In this document: piece by piece, positions 1-12,986 of the stretch | How positions within the stretch are numbered: position 1 is the stretch's first letter | Layout of the letters: the number at the start of each line of letters is the position of its first letter | Source: Candidatus Xenobia bacterium | Lineage (GTDB): Bacteria > Vulcanimicrobiota > Xenobia > Xenobiales > QWHO01 | Assembly (NCBI GenBank): GCA_045863235.1 | Contig: BTUM01000035.1 | Location: 1 to 64,000, forward strand | DNA length: 64,000 bases | Direction: 5' to 3' | Notes under the pieces: model-generated | The model's input: only the letters and a program-made list of their open reading frames with translations | Told to the model about the DNA's origin: nothing | Database searches by the model: none | Made by a program: the position numbers and the translations under genes

Positions 1-298
1 AGATCAGCGGTCCGGCCAGCCAGCCTCGCTTCGAGCGGGTGGGGGAAGTGCTGCGCGGGGAAATGCGGGAAACCACTCGGGCTCCATGAGCGCTCCCGCG
101 GGCGAGGCCCGCTCAGCTCGGCCGGCGTGCTCGGAGGCCGGACCTCTCAGCGCAGCCGGAAGCCGGGGGTAGGGGCCCCCGAGAGCCTCACTCCTGGCGG
201 CCCCACCCTGGCCTTGGAGTGCAGCCGGAACCCCCCTTGACACGGTTTCCGGCTGCGCGACGCCCAACATAGTTCGGCCACCTACAACATCTTGCGGT

Positions 299-340
299 GG
301 CGGAGGGGACGCTCTCGGGGGCTCCTACCGCTCCTCCGCC
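299..340. terminator. GC-rich hairpin immediately downstream of the 340..822 gene (possible terminator)
   Basis: ggcggagggg (299-308) pairs with ctcctccgcc (331-340); no clear U-tract. Confidence 0.35.
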
Positions 341-822
341 TAGATGGCGCAAGCAACGTCCCTCAGCGTCTCGTAGCGCTCCCCCTCCCCGACAGCTTTC
401 AACAGAATGCGGACGCTTTCGAGGTCGAAGTCGCGAGGAAGGCACCGAAGGAGACCGGCAATCTGGGTCACGATCAGCGGCTCGGGGCTGAGGAGCAACT
501 GTGCCAGAACGTAAGGGGGGCGGACCAGGGGCACGGAGCTCATGAGCGCGGGACTCGAGACTTCCTCGCGGCTTCTCAGCATGCTTGGTCCAAATTCGTG
601 GGCCACCTTATCCTGGCTCAAAGAGGCCACTGCGTGAGGGGGGTTGTGGTCGCTGACGATCTCGAGCTTCCTCGGCCATGGTCTGGCCCATTTCTTCCAG
701 CGCTCGACAGGCAGCCTGGCCAGCATCCAGAGGCAGCGAGCCGTATCTCCGGCAAAGGCATAGCTCGTCAGAGTCTTGCGCCCCTCTTCGATCTGACCGA
801 GAAAGCGGTCGGCGTCATGCAT
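340..822 (-). CDS. hypothetical protein, putative partner of the adjacent nucleotidyltransferase
   Basis: 160-aa ORF whose ATG overlaps the stop of the upstream NTase gene (ATGCATGA). Confidence 0.6.
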   Translation of the reverse strand: MHDADRFLGQIEEGRKTLTSYAFAGDTARCLWMLARLPVERWKKWARPWPRKLEIVSDHNPPHAVASLSQDKVAHEFGPSMLRSREEVSSPALMSSVPLVRPPYVLAQLLLSPEPLIVTQIAGLLRCLPRDFDLESVRILLKAVGEGERYETLRDVACAI

Positions 823-1486
823 CGAAAACCTCGGGATACCTCTCGACCTGAGCGTTCAACAAGGCGAGGCCCTGCTCGTCCAAATATTCGCGCACGGGGG
901 CGATCTGCACTTTCTGACCTGCAGAGCTCAACGATGCGCAGAGGTTGTCCAGGTCCACAAGATCCTTGGCCTGGTTTCCCTTTCGCGTGAGCTTCGTTCC
1001 GAAAAGGTCCTCCAAACTTGCGACTTTCAAGAACAGCCAGCGATTCTGTCGGCGCAACTGCACTCTGGTAGCGCGCTCAATGATCGCATCGTAAAACTCC
1101 GCGAAGCCTGTGACGTCTTGGGGCTCGAGCGTCAGGTTTAAGGAGATGTTTCGGAGCCTGGCTGCGCGAGGCGACAGGACCTCTGCTGGGGGGCGAGCCG
1201 TCGCAGCGAGCCGGTTCCAAGCCGAAAGGGCCTCCTCGGGTTTGGCCCGCGCCGAGAGGTCCACATCCCGTGTTGACCGGAGCATGTATTCCAACTCGGA
1301 GACGTCTGTGATGGACAACTCCCCTGAGCTGGTGTACAAGACAGCCATCCAGACCTGTACGGCCGACCCACCTACCACCACGCAGTCGATTCCAGCCCTC
1401 TCCAAGCCCTCGACTGCGTCACAGAGCGCCTCCCAATAAGCTGGATCGAGCAGATTGAATTTTCCTCCAGGCATCCCTGGAATCAT
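815..1486 (-). CDS. AbiEii-like / DNA pol beta-fold nucleotidyltransferase
   Basis: VVVGGSAV, RSTRDVDL, ASLEDLFGTKL and KDLVDL motifs typical of AbiEii-type NTases. Confidence 0.7.
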   Translation of the reverse strand: MIPGMPGGKFNLLDPAYWEALCDAVEGLERAGIDCVVVGGSAVQVWMAVLYTSSGELSITDVSELEYMLRSTRDVDLSARAKPEEALSAWNRLAATARPPAEVLSPRAARLRNISLNLTLEPQDVTGFAEFYDAIIERATRVQLRRQNRWLFLKVASLEDLFGTKLTRKGNQAKDLVDLDNLCASLSSAGQKVQIAPVREYLDEQGLALLNAQVERYPEVFDA

Positions 1487-1531
1487 AGCCTATCATCACC
1501 GACTCTGTCACCACAGACCATGCCCCCGATT

Positions 1532-2167
1532 TCAAGGCAACAACACCGCCAGCAGAACCCCCTGGCGCAGCCGAACCCGGGCCAGCGGGTCGCGCACTAC
1601 GTTGGACAGCCCGCGGCTGTGGTGGCGCAGCAGCGACTCCTCGACCAGGGGATAGCGGAAGCCCTCCAGCGTGATGCCGGTGGTCTCGCCCTCGAGTGAC
1701 AGAAACGAGGCCGTCCAGCCTTCTCGGGCCGCGATCTCGACCTCATCGTGCACCAGGAACACTTCCCCCACCGAGCTGAGCAGGCGGGCCCGCAGCCTCA
1801 GCCGGTGGGCATACTCGAGGGCCGCGATCAGGTTGAACAGCAGGTGATCGAGCCGCCCCTCCAGGGCGGCCAGCAAGACCACCTCACGGGCCCCCCAGGA
1901 AGCCGCCAGATCAAGGGCCAGCTCCAGGTCGCTCTGGTCTTTCTCGGGCGGATAGCGGTGCACAGGGATGCCGGAATCTTCGAGCCGGGCCACTTCTTCG
2001 GGGGTCAGCGAGTCGAAGTCGCCCACCACAGCGTCGGGACGCACCCCCAGCTCGCACGCCAGGCGATAGCCGGCGTCGGCGCACAGAATGCGCTGGGCGG
2101 CTTGGAGCTGGGCCCTGCAGTACTCGGGGTCGCGCTCCACTCCGGCGGCCAGAATGGCAACTTTCAC
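1532..2167 (-). CDS. thiN: thiamine pyrophosphokinase
   Basis: CADAG, VGDFDS, EKDQSDLELAL, GRLDH and GLSN motifs; GTG start at 2167 with GGAG upstream. Confidence 0.92.
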   Translation of the reverse strand: MKVAILAAGVERDPEYCRAQLQAAQRILCADAGYRLACELGVRPDAVVGDFDSLTPEEVARLEDSGIPVHRYPPEKDQSDLELALDLAASWGAREVVLLAALEGRLDHLLFNLIAALEYAHRLRLRARLLSSVGEVFLVHDEVEIAAREGWTASFLSLEGETTGITLEGFRYPLVEESLLRHHSRGLSNVVRDPLARVRLRQGVLLAVLLP

Positions 2168-2220
2168 GATTGAAACTCCTTTGGCAGGCACGACCGGTCA
2201 GGCGTCAAAACGCCACCATC

Positions 2221-2676
2221 GTGCTGCATCTCTTCTGCTACGGCTCGCTCAAGCCTGGCGAGCGCAACTATCCACTCATCGAGCGCTGGGTGCGGCGGGC
2301 TCGGACGGCTCACGTCTCAGGCCAGCTCTACCTGCGCGAGACCGGCTACCCGACCATGGCGGCGGGCCAACCCCTGACTCTGGGCACCTCCGACCATCAG
2401 GCCGACCTGATGCGGGCCGGCCCTTCGCCCTCCGAGACCGTGTCGGGGCCGCCTGTGCCGGGCTTGATCCTGAGCCTTTCCGAGGGGGTGCGCCTGCTGC
2501 ACTTGCTCGACGACTTCGAGGACTACTGCCCGGTGGGGCCGCGGGCCAGCGAGTACGAGCGCTGGCTGGTGCCGGCCCGCGACGAGGAGGGCCAGTTCTG
2601 GCGCGTCTGGACCTACACGGCCGCGGCCGGTCAGGACCTGTCGGCCTGGCCCCCCATCCCCGCCTGGGGTACATGA
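2221..2676 (+). CDS. gamma-glutamylcyclotransferase (AIG2-like) family protein
   Basis: N-terminal LFCYGSLK, LDDFE, YER and VWTY motifs; GTG start inferred. Confidence 0.8.
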   Translation: MLHLFCYGSLKPGERNYPLIERWVRRARTAHVSGQLYLRETGYPTMAAGQPLTLGTSDHQADLMRAGPSPSETVSGPPVPGLILSLSEGVRLLHLLDDFEDYCPVGPRASEYERWLVPARDEEGQFWRVWTYTAAAGQDLSAWPPIPAWGT

Positions 2677-2710
2677 CAAGACAGAGGTCGCGCGGAGCGC
2701 CTCTGTCTTG
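2677..2710. terminator. hairpin between convergent genes (probable bidirectional terminator)
   Basis: caagacagagg ... cctctgtcttg, 11-bp perfect stem. Confidence 0.6.
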
Positions 2711-2739
2711 AACGACGACCAGCAGGCGTCAGCCGGGGC

Positions 2740-2937
2740 TCAGGCCTTGCCGGCCACCTTGCCCTTGTAAGAGCGCAGGCAACGCGTGCAGATGCGGGCC
2801 GTCACCTTTTGGCCGCCGATCATCAAAATGGACTTCTGCAGGTTGGGCAGCCAACGGCGCCGCGTCTTGCGGTTCGAGTGGCTGACCATGTTCCCATAGC
2901 TGGGACCTTTCCCGCACAACTGGCAAGCTCTGGCCAT
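2740..2937 (-). CDS. rpmB: 50S ribosomal protein L28
   Basis: [34 protein letters not shown]...[17 protein letters not shown]. Confidence 0.97.
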   Translation of the reverse strand: MARACQLCGKGPSYGNMVSHSNRKTRRRWLPNLQKSILMIGGQKVTARICTRCLRSYKGKVAGKA

Positions 2938-2979
2938 TTTTCCGAGTTCTCCTTACCGGGGGTTTACGAAACGATGAGT

Positions 2980-3009
2980 ATCCTACCATGAACCGTTCAA
3001 GCTATGCAA
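2980..3009 (-). promoter_or_regulatory. sigma70-like promoter of rpmB
   Basis: TTGCAT-18 bp-TAGGAT with TG extension, on the minus strand. Confidence 0.55.
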
Positions 3010-4366
3010 CCGGGGCCGGGGGAGCAGGCTGCAGGGGGAAGACGCCCACCCGGAACTTGCCGTCCACCATCCCGTTCTCGTCGATGGTGTGGCCCTGCTC
3101 CTGCAAGAGCTTGATATAGTCGCCCACGAACTGCTCCGGGGGCAGGTCGGTCTGCACCTGCATGGGCGGTACTTCGGGATTGGGCTGGCCGTTCTCGTCG
3201 AACAGCCCCACTCCCCAGCTCTGGGGCCCCATCTGGACCGGCATGACGGCAACCTTGTACTTGCCGTCGACCAGCCCGTTCTCCACCGTGTGCTTGCCCT
3301 GGCTGATCAGCATTTCCACGAACTGGCGGGCCACCTCCTGGGGAGGCATGTTGCTCTGCACCTGCACCGGCTGAACGCCCGGGGCCGGCTGACCGTTCTC
3401 GTCCACCAGCGCCAGTCCCCACACGTTCATGGGGCCAAGAATGTTGGGATTGAGCTGCAGAGCCCGATCGAGGTTCTTCTGGGACTCTTCCTTGAAGCCC
3501 AGCCGGTCTTGCAGGCGACCCATCATGAAGAAGGCCTCGGCCCGCTCGGGCTCGATCTCGAGCCAGGCGCGAATAGCGTCCAGGGCGCCCGAGAAATCCT
3601 CGGTGACCTCCAGGGCCACCGCCTTGTTGTAGAAGATGATGGGGTTCTTGGGCTCGATGGCCACGGCCCGATCGTAGCACTTGAGAGCTTCCTCGATGCG
3701 ATCGAGGTTGGCCAGCACCAGGCCGCGGTTGCTCCAGGCCTCCCAGTCGTCTTCCTTGAGCTCGAGGGCTTTGTCGAAGGCTTCCAGGGCCCGGGGAAAA
3801 TCGCGTCCCTCCAGGCAGGCCTGACCCAGTCGGGTCCAGTTGCGCGACTCGCCCGGCGAGAGCTCAGCGGCTTTCTCATAGGCCTTGCAGGCCTCTTCGA
3901 GGTGGCCCAGGCGGGCCAGCAGGTCCCCCCGGTTGAAGACCGCGCGCAGGTGGTCGGGCTCCAGGTGCACCACCCGATCAAAGGCCGTCAGCGCCTCCTC
4001 GAAGTTGCCCAGGCGCAGATGGGTGGCGCCTTTCTCAAACCACAGGTCGGCGTCGTCCTCATCGGCCTCCAGACCCTTCTCGAGCGCCTCCAGGGCGGGC
4101 TCGAACTGGTCCTGGTCCAGGAGCAGCTCGGCCTTGACCAGCCAGGCCTCGGAGTCGTCCTTGACCAGCTCGAGGGCCCTGTCGATCGACTTGAGAGCCT
4201 CCTCGGGCTGGCCCAGCTCGCTCTCGGCCTGGGCTCGGGCGCGCCAGGCGGGGGCCGAATCGGGGTGCTCGGCGGTGAGCGCCACCAGCTTCTCGAGGCC
4301 TTCCGACTCGCCGGCCTCGCTCTGCTCCAGAGCTTCCTGGATGCGGGTTTCTAAATCAGCGCTCAC
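3002..4366 (-). CDS. tetratricopeptide repeat protein with a tandemly duplicated C-terminal domain
   Basis: about 9 TPR-like repeats; GGAGG RBS before GTG at 4366; two ~65-aa C-terminal repeats. Confidence 0.85.
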   Translation of the reverse strand: MSADLETRIQEALEQSEAGESEGLEKLVALTAEHPDSAPAWRARAQAESELGQPEEALKSIDRALELVKDDSEAWLVKAELLLDQDQFEPALEALEKGLEADEDDADLWFEKGATHLRLGNFEEALTAFDRVVHLEPDHLRAVFNRGDLLARLGHLEEACKAYEKAAELSPGESRNWTRLGQACLEGRDFPRALEAFDKALELKEDDWEAWSNRGLVLANLDRIEEALKCYDRAVAIEPKNPIIFYNKAVALEVTEDFSGALDAIRAWLEIEPERAEAFFMMGRLQDRLGFKEESQKNLDRALQLNPNILGPMNVWGLALVDENGQPAPGVQPVQVQSNMPPQEVARQFVEMLISQGKHTVENGLVDGKYKVAVMPVQMGPQSWGVGLFDENGQPNPEVPPMQVQTDLPPEQFVGDYIKLLQEQGHTIDENGMVDGKFRVGVFPLQPAPPAPVA

Positions 4367-4489
4367 GCACGAACCTCCGGGGGAAAAGTGAAGCGCACAG
4401 CTCCTATCAGGAAATGGGCGCGAATCCAACTGCGCTCCGTGATCCATCAAGGCGCGCAAGGTGGCCGTGCTGATTCGCGAGCGCCCCGG

Positions 4490-6262
4490 CTACTCCTTCG
4501 CCTCTCCCAGCCGCTGCATCAGCTCGGCCGTCCATTCCACGCCCGAAACCAGCGAATCCACCGTGACCACCTCGTCCGGGCCGTGGGCGCCGTGCTCGGT
4601 GAACACCACCGGCACGAAGGTCAGGGTCTCGCTCTTGGGGTTCACCTCCTGCAGAAAGCGCGTATCGTTGGAGGAGGTGGTGTTGCCGAACAGGATCGGC
4701 CGATCCGGCCCGTAGACCTCGCGGCAGGCTCCCTCGGCGGCCTCGAAGAGGGGGCTCTTGGAGCTGAGCCGGCGCACGCTGGCATCGCTCTCCTCGGGAG
4801 CGTAAAGCGGAGTGAGCTTGAACTCGGGACCCACCACCTCCTGGATGTCGGAGAGCACCTCCTGGCGGTCGTCGTCCACGATCACGCGAAGGTCCAGCGT
4901 CACCTTGCTGGTCACCGGCCCGGAGGCGCCCTGACCCTGGTTGCGGCTCTTGGAGGTGTAGAAGTCGGCCACCTGGAGCGGCTTGCCCTTCAAGGCCTTG
5001 CGCACCCGCTCGAGGGCCCGGCAGGTCATGTCCACCGCATCCTGCTCGCGGTCGGCGGTGGAGCCGTGGTTGCCGCCGTGGTAGTTCTCCTGGGGCAGGC
5101 GCAGCTCGATCCGGCCCGTGGGCAGGTCGTCGACCACGAAGTCCTCGCCGGCCGCCCGGCGCATCTTGCGCAGGGCCTTCTCACGCTCGGCCCCGGAGAG
5201 ATCGAGCTCGAGCACCACCGTGGCCGAGGAGGGCTTGACGTTGGGGTCGGCTGTCTTGCCGGCGGGGTTGTGGCTCAGGTAGAAGTCGGTCTTGCACAGG
5301 TCGCTGCGGTTGGCCGCCGCCAGCGACGGGCCCATGCGGCGCTGCACGAACTTCCAGTCCCAGAAGTTGCGGATCATCCAGCCTTTGAAGCCCCCCACGG
5401 CGTTGCCCATGCGGCGGAAGCTCTCGTCGGACTCGTCGGGATCGCCCAGGTTGGTCCACTCCCCCGCATCGAGGTGCTCGTCGAGGCGCTTGAGGGCCTC
5501 CACGGTCTTGCCCACGGCCTGGTGAGCCGGCAGCGGCTCTTTCAGCTCGAGCTGCATCGGCAGGCAATACTTCTGGGCCATGGCAAGATACGGCAGGTCT
5601 TCTTTCGTTTCGATGCCGTTGAGCATCTCCGGGGCCAGGATGCCGCTGCCCTCCACCAGCCAGTACTGCACGTCGCGCAGCTTGTCGGGGTGATTGGTGG
5701 CCATGAAGTGGGCCCCGTCCTTGCCGCCTGTCTCCTCGTCAGGGAAGACGAACAGCTTCATGGAGCGGCTCAAGACCTGGCCCGACTCCTTGAGGCCCTT
5801 CATGGCCACCAGGATCTGGGCGGCCGGACCCTTGGTGTCCAGGCTTCCCCGGCCGTGCAGCACCTGGCGGCCTCGCTCGTCGACGATGAGGTCGCCGCTG
5901 AAGGGCTGGCCGAGCTTCCACTCGCCCTCCACTCCCACCACGTCTCCGTGGTGCACGAAGCCCACCGAGCCAAGCGTTGGATCCTTGCCCGGCAGCGTGA
6001 CGATCAGCATGGGCTTGCCGTTGACGGTCTCGAAGCGGTCCACCTCCAGTCCTGCCTGGCGGGCGTAGTCGACCATCAGGTCCACCACCTGGTTCTGGCC
6101 GGCCACCAGGTTGGTGGGTCCCGAGTCGACGCGCACCAGGCTCTGGGTGAGGGGGATCACCTCTTGCATGGTGGCCTCGAAGCGGTCGCCGGGCACAGCG
6201 GCGGCCAGCGGCATCGCCGGGGACAGCACGGGCATGGCAGCGGTCAGGGGAGCGATCCTCAT
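4490..6262 (-). CDS. M20 family metallohydrolase (aminoacylase-1-like), with long insertion
   Basis: HHGDVV, GRGSLDTKG, FPDEETGG and AHGPDE metal-binding motifs. Confidence 0.85.
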   Translation of the reverse strand: MRIAPLTAAMPVLSPAMPLAAAVPGDRFEATMQEVIPLTQSLVRVDSGPTNLVAGQNQVVDLMVDYARQAGLEVDRFETVNGKPMLIVTLPGKDPTLGSVGFVHHGDVVGVEGEWKLGQPFSGDLIVDERGRQVLHGRGSLDTKGPAAQILVAMKGLKESGQVLSRSMKLFVFPDEETGGKDGAHFMATNHPDKLRDVQYWLVEGSGILAPEMLNGIETKEDLPYLAMAQKYCLPMQLELKEPLPAHQAVGKTVEALKRLDEHLDAGEWTNLGDPDESDESFRRMGNAVGGFKGWMIRNFWDWKFVQRRMGPSLAAANRSDLCKTDFYLSHNPAGKTADPNVKPSSATVVLELDLSGAEREKALRKMRRAAGEDFVVDDLPTGRIELRLPQENYHGGNHGSTADREQDAVDMTCRALERVRKALKGKPLQVADFYTSKSRNQGQGASGPVTSKVTLDLRVIVDDDRQEVLSDIQEVVGPEFKLTPLYAPEESDASVRRLSSKSPLFEAAEGACREVYGPDRPILFGNTTSSNDTRFLQEVNPKSETLTFVPVVFTEHGAHGPDEVVTVDSLVSGVEWTAELMQRLGEAKE

Positions 6263-6331
6263 GGCCGGCATGCTAGCTTCTGAAGGTCGGGAGAAGGATG
6301 CCAGAATGTTACCTGTTGAACCCGTCCTCAA

Positions 6332-7030
6332 ATGCTTGGATCGGCCCGCCGCATCGTCGTCCTCACCGGAGCTGGCATCTCGGTGGCCTCCGGCCTTCGC
6401 CCCTACCGGGGTCCGGGCGGGGTGTGGACCGACAACCCCGAGGCCGAGCGCGAGTCGGCGGCGCCCGACCTGCCTCAGCATCCCGAGCGCATCTGGAAGC
6501 TGTTCGGACCGATGCGCCAGGCGGTGGTGCAGGCCCGGCCCAACGCCGCCCACCTGGCTCTGGCCCGGCTCGAGGAGCGCTGCGAGGTGACGCTGGTGAC
6601 CCAGAACGTGGACGGACTGCACCTGGCGGCCGGCAGCCGGAACGTGCTCGAGCTGCACGGCAGCCTGCTGCGCAGCCGGTGCTCGGCCTGCGAGCTGCCC
6701 GCCTTCGAGGACCCCCACGGGGAGATGCGCCCCTGTCCGGGCTGCGGGGCCCTGCTGCGCCCGGACATCGTGCTCTTCGGGGAGGAGCTTCCTTACCGGG
6801 TGTCGCGGGCGGCCTTCCGGGCCTGCTGGGACTGCGACCTGTTCCTGGCCGTGGGCACATCGGGCAACGTGGCTCCGGCCAGCCGCCTGGTGTGCGAGGC
6901 CCAGGCCAACGGAGCCCGCACCGCCCTGGTCAACCTGGAGCCGCTGGATCCGCCCAACCCGTTCTTTGATCAGGAGTTCCTGGGCCGGGCCGAGGAGCTG
7001 TTGCCCAGGCTGCTGGAAGGAGCCCGCTGA
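6332..7030 (+). CDS. cobB: NAD-dependent protein deacylase (Sir2/CobB family)
   Basis: LTGAGIS, TQNVDGLH, ELHGS, two CxxC, RPDIVLFGE and VGTSG motifs. Confidence 0.9.
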   Translation: MLGSARRIVVLTGAGISVASGLRPYRGPGGVWTDNPEAERESAAPDLPQHPERIWKLFGPMRQAVVQARPNAAHLALARLEERCEVTLVTQNVDGLHLAAGSRNVLELHGSLLRSRCSACELPAFEDPHGEMRPCPGCGALLRPDIVLFGEELPYRVSRAAFRACWDCDLFLAVGTSGNVAPASRLVCEAQANGARTALVNLEPLDPPNPFFDQEFLGRAEELLPRLLEGAR

Positions 7031-7035
7031 CGGAC

Positions 7036-10576
<3,541 letters not shown>

Positions 10577-10581
<5 letters not shown>

Positions 10582-10682
10582 CGCCGATGACGTTGCCGTT
10601 GTCCTCTTCCACGCGAAGGTCTGGCCGGGACACGGTGACCGCATTCTTGTCCCCACGCCAGCTGGGATCGGCCTTCAGTTGC
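10577..10682 (-). pseudogene. orphan fragment of a PilX-like gene
   Basis: translates to QLKADPSWRGDKNAVTVSRPDLRVEEDNGNVIGV, 24/34 identical to the segment of the 26853..29009 protein encoded near 28731-28832; no start or RBS of its own. Confidence 0.85.
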
Positions 10683-12395
10683 TCACTTGCCGCCGCGGAT
10701 GAAGTCCTCTTCGTAGTGCTCCATCGTATAGGTCGGGGTGCCACTCTGTCCGACCAGGAATCGGTTGGTCTTGTCCTGCTTCATCACCAGCCCGTCGTTG
10801 GGATCGTCGCGCTGGAAGAAGACCTCGTCTTCAGTGAGCATTGCGCCTGAGACGATGATCGAGAAGTTGGACTGGGCATCGGTCTGGAACTTGATCTTCT
10901 TGTTGGCCATCATGTTGAAGCTCATGAGGTAGGCCTTCTGGCCGCCGTACTTGGGTAGCTTGGTCCCCCCGCCAACCTGGATGGTAATCCCTTCCTGGCC
11001 GATCAGGGTGAAGCCCGAGAATCCGGCCTGTCCCCTCTCGACCGTGGGGTCGGTGGGCACGACCGAGCTGCCATTCTTGGTGAAAGCCGGCTCATGGTCG
11101 GCCCGGAACAGAGGAGCCATCTGGCCATCGTCCTTGAACTGGAACACCATTTCCTCGCTGGATACGTAGGCCTTCTCGTTCTTACTGGCGCCCCGAATGG
11201 AGTTCACCTTCTTCTCGAAGTAGACCACCCCGTTCGTCAGGCCGCTCACCTCGGAGTTGGGTGCCCCCGTGGCGGGGGTCTTGCCAGGATTCCAGACCCT
11301 GGTCAGCTGCTTGTCCTCATCGTAGATCACGGTGTACTTCTTGCCGCTCGAGTCGGTGATGACCATCTGCTGGTGCAGGCTCTCATAGTATTTCTTGTTC
11401 TTGGAGTCGACCGGGTCGGTGAATTGCGGCGTGCTGGGATTGTTGTCGTGCTTGTAAGCCACTTTGTTGTAAGAGTCGTTGACCAGGGACAGCTCCACGT
11501 CGGCTACATCGATCCCTTTGAAGATCAGGCCTCCGCCCGCAACCGCGCTGAGGCCCGTGGGAAGCGTGGAGTAGGTCTTCCCGTTCAGCGCCAGGTTCAA
11601 CATGCTCTTCGGGTTGGAGGAGCCGTTGACGACGTTCAGGCTGCTGCTTTCATTCATGTCCGGAATCTCTTTCTCGGGAACCGGTCCGAGAAAGCCCGGG
11701 GAGCCGAGCTCGAAGACCTTGCCCCAGTCCTTCTCGGACAGGGGAACGCTGAATGGGCCGTTCTCTACCTCGGGCGTCTTGGTGGCCGTATCCGACCAGG
11801 TCAGGGAGATCGAGCTGCTGGTGGGTTTGTGGAAGGGCGGGACGTTGCCCGCCGCCCAGCCCCAGCCACCCCAGTTGATCTTAGGAATGGTGTTGGTGTG
11901 GACGGTGTCGTAGTAGTCGACCCCCTGGCCGGCCACCAGCGTGGTCGTGTTGTCGGCCCGGATCATGTCCTGGAAGAAGACCGAATCGAGGGTTCTCAGG
12001 TAGGCGGTGGCCACCAGGTAGGTGCGGTTGTTGTACCTCGCATCGGAGTTGACCCGCCACCAGCCCGCGGGGAGAGCGTTTCCTGCCAGGTCGGTATCGT
12101 GGAAGGTGGCCTCATAAGACCAGCCGTTGCCGAACCCTTCCGCGGCGGAAAGCGCCGGGAGCATCAATCCATCGGCTGGCAGGCCGCCATCGTTGATCCA
12201 CTGCAGGGCCTCGATCACTCCGGCCTCGCCCACCAGTGACCCCGTGGTTCGGAGTTTGAGCTGGGTGGTCGCCCTTGCCTCCATCGGGAGGAGGGTGAAG
12301 AACGCTACTGACAGCAGGAACGTGAACATCATCACAAAGATGGCGAACAGCACCGAGCCTCGACGGCCCCAGAGCTTTCGGTGCATGAACTGCAT
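10683..12395 (-). CDS. large PilX/GspK-like minor pilin (cassette A)
   Basis: RRG|SVLFAIFVMMF class III-like leader without Glu5; GEAGVIEAL motif; AAGGAG RBS; follows two prepilin genes. Confidence 0.7.
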   Translation of the reverse strand: MQFMHRKLWGRRGSVLFAIFVMMFTFLLSVAFFTLLPMEARATTQLKLRTTGSLVGEAGVIEALQWINDGGLPADGLMLPALSAAEGFGNGWSYEATFHDTDLAGNALPAGWWRVNSDARYNNRTYLVATAYLRTLDSVFFQDMIRADNTTTLVAGQGVDYYDTVHTNTIPKINWGGWGWAAGNVPPFHKPTSSSISLTWSDTATKTPEVENGPFSVPLSEKDWGKVFELGSPGFLGPVPEKEIPDMNESSSLNVVNGSSNPKSMLNLALNGKTYSTLPTGLSAVAGGGLIFKGIDVADVELSLVNDSYNKVAYKHDNNPSTPQFTDPVDSKNKKYYESLHQQMVITDSSGKKYTVIYDEDKQLTRVWNPGKTPATGAPNSEVSGLTNGVVYFEKKVNSIRGASKNEKAYVSSEEMVFQFKDDGQMAPLFRADHEPAFTKNGSSVVPTDPTVERGQAGFSGFTLIGQEGITIQVGGGTKLPKYGGQKAYLMSFNMMANKKIKFQTDAQSNFSIIVSGAMLTEDEVFFQRDDPNDGLVMKQDKTNRFLVGQSGTPTYTMEHYEEDFIRGGK

Positions 12396-12410
12396 GGGAT
12401 TGCTCCTTTG

Positions 12411-12986
12411 CTACGGGTCTGGGAGGGTTACCGAAGGCACGTGGGCGGCGGTCTCGAGCATATAGTCGATGGTCCGGAGCTGACTCCGGGCGCTCTTGAC
12501 CTGGCCCTGGACTCGGACTTGAACCTGGACGGTCGAAGCTGCCGCCGCCGGGCGGGTAAAACTGAGGCCCGTGATGGTCCGCTCAGGAGTGGAGCGACCC
12601 AGCACGCGCGTGGTGGTCGCCACATCTCCGTTGTAGAGCTCCAACAGGATGTCATTGTTGACCAGGCGCACCCGGTAGTTGTAGCCGATCGGGTTGGCCG
12701 GGTTGTAGGGGACCTGGTTGTGATAGTCGCGGCCGGCGCTGAAGACCAGAGTCGAGCTCGTTCCGCCGGCCAGGGGGAAAGTCACGCTCTCGGCGCTGAC
12801 CAACAGAGGAACGATCCGCTCCAGATTCTCGCGAGCCGAGTGATACAGGGCGATGCGACCGTCTTGATGGCTGTAGGTGCTGATGGAGGCCATGAAAATC
12901 TGGATGGTGGCCAGCCCGATCATGGAGAGCAAGAGCGAGCTGACCAGAAGCTCGAGTACCGTGAACCCTCGTCTGCAATTGCTCAT
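12411..12986 (-). CDS. prepilin-type N-terminal cleavage/methylation protein (PilW/GspJ-like, cassette A)
   Basis: MSNCRRG|FTVLELLV; ATGA overlap with the upstream gene. Confidence 0.85.
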   Translation of the reverse strand: MSNCRRGFTVLELLVSSLLLSMIGLATIQIFMASISTYSHQDGRIALYHSARENLERIVPLLVSAESVTFPLAGGTSSTLVFSAGRDYHNQVPYNPANPIGYNYRVRLVNNDILLELYNGDVATTTRVLGRSTPERTITGLSFTRPAAAASTVQVQVRVQGQVKSARSQLRTIDYMLETAAHVPSVTLPDP

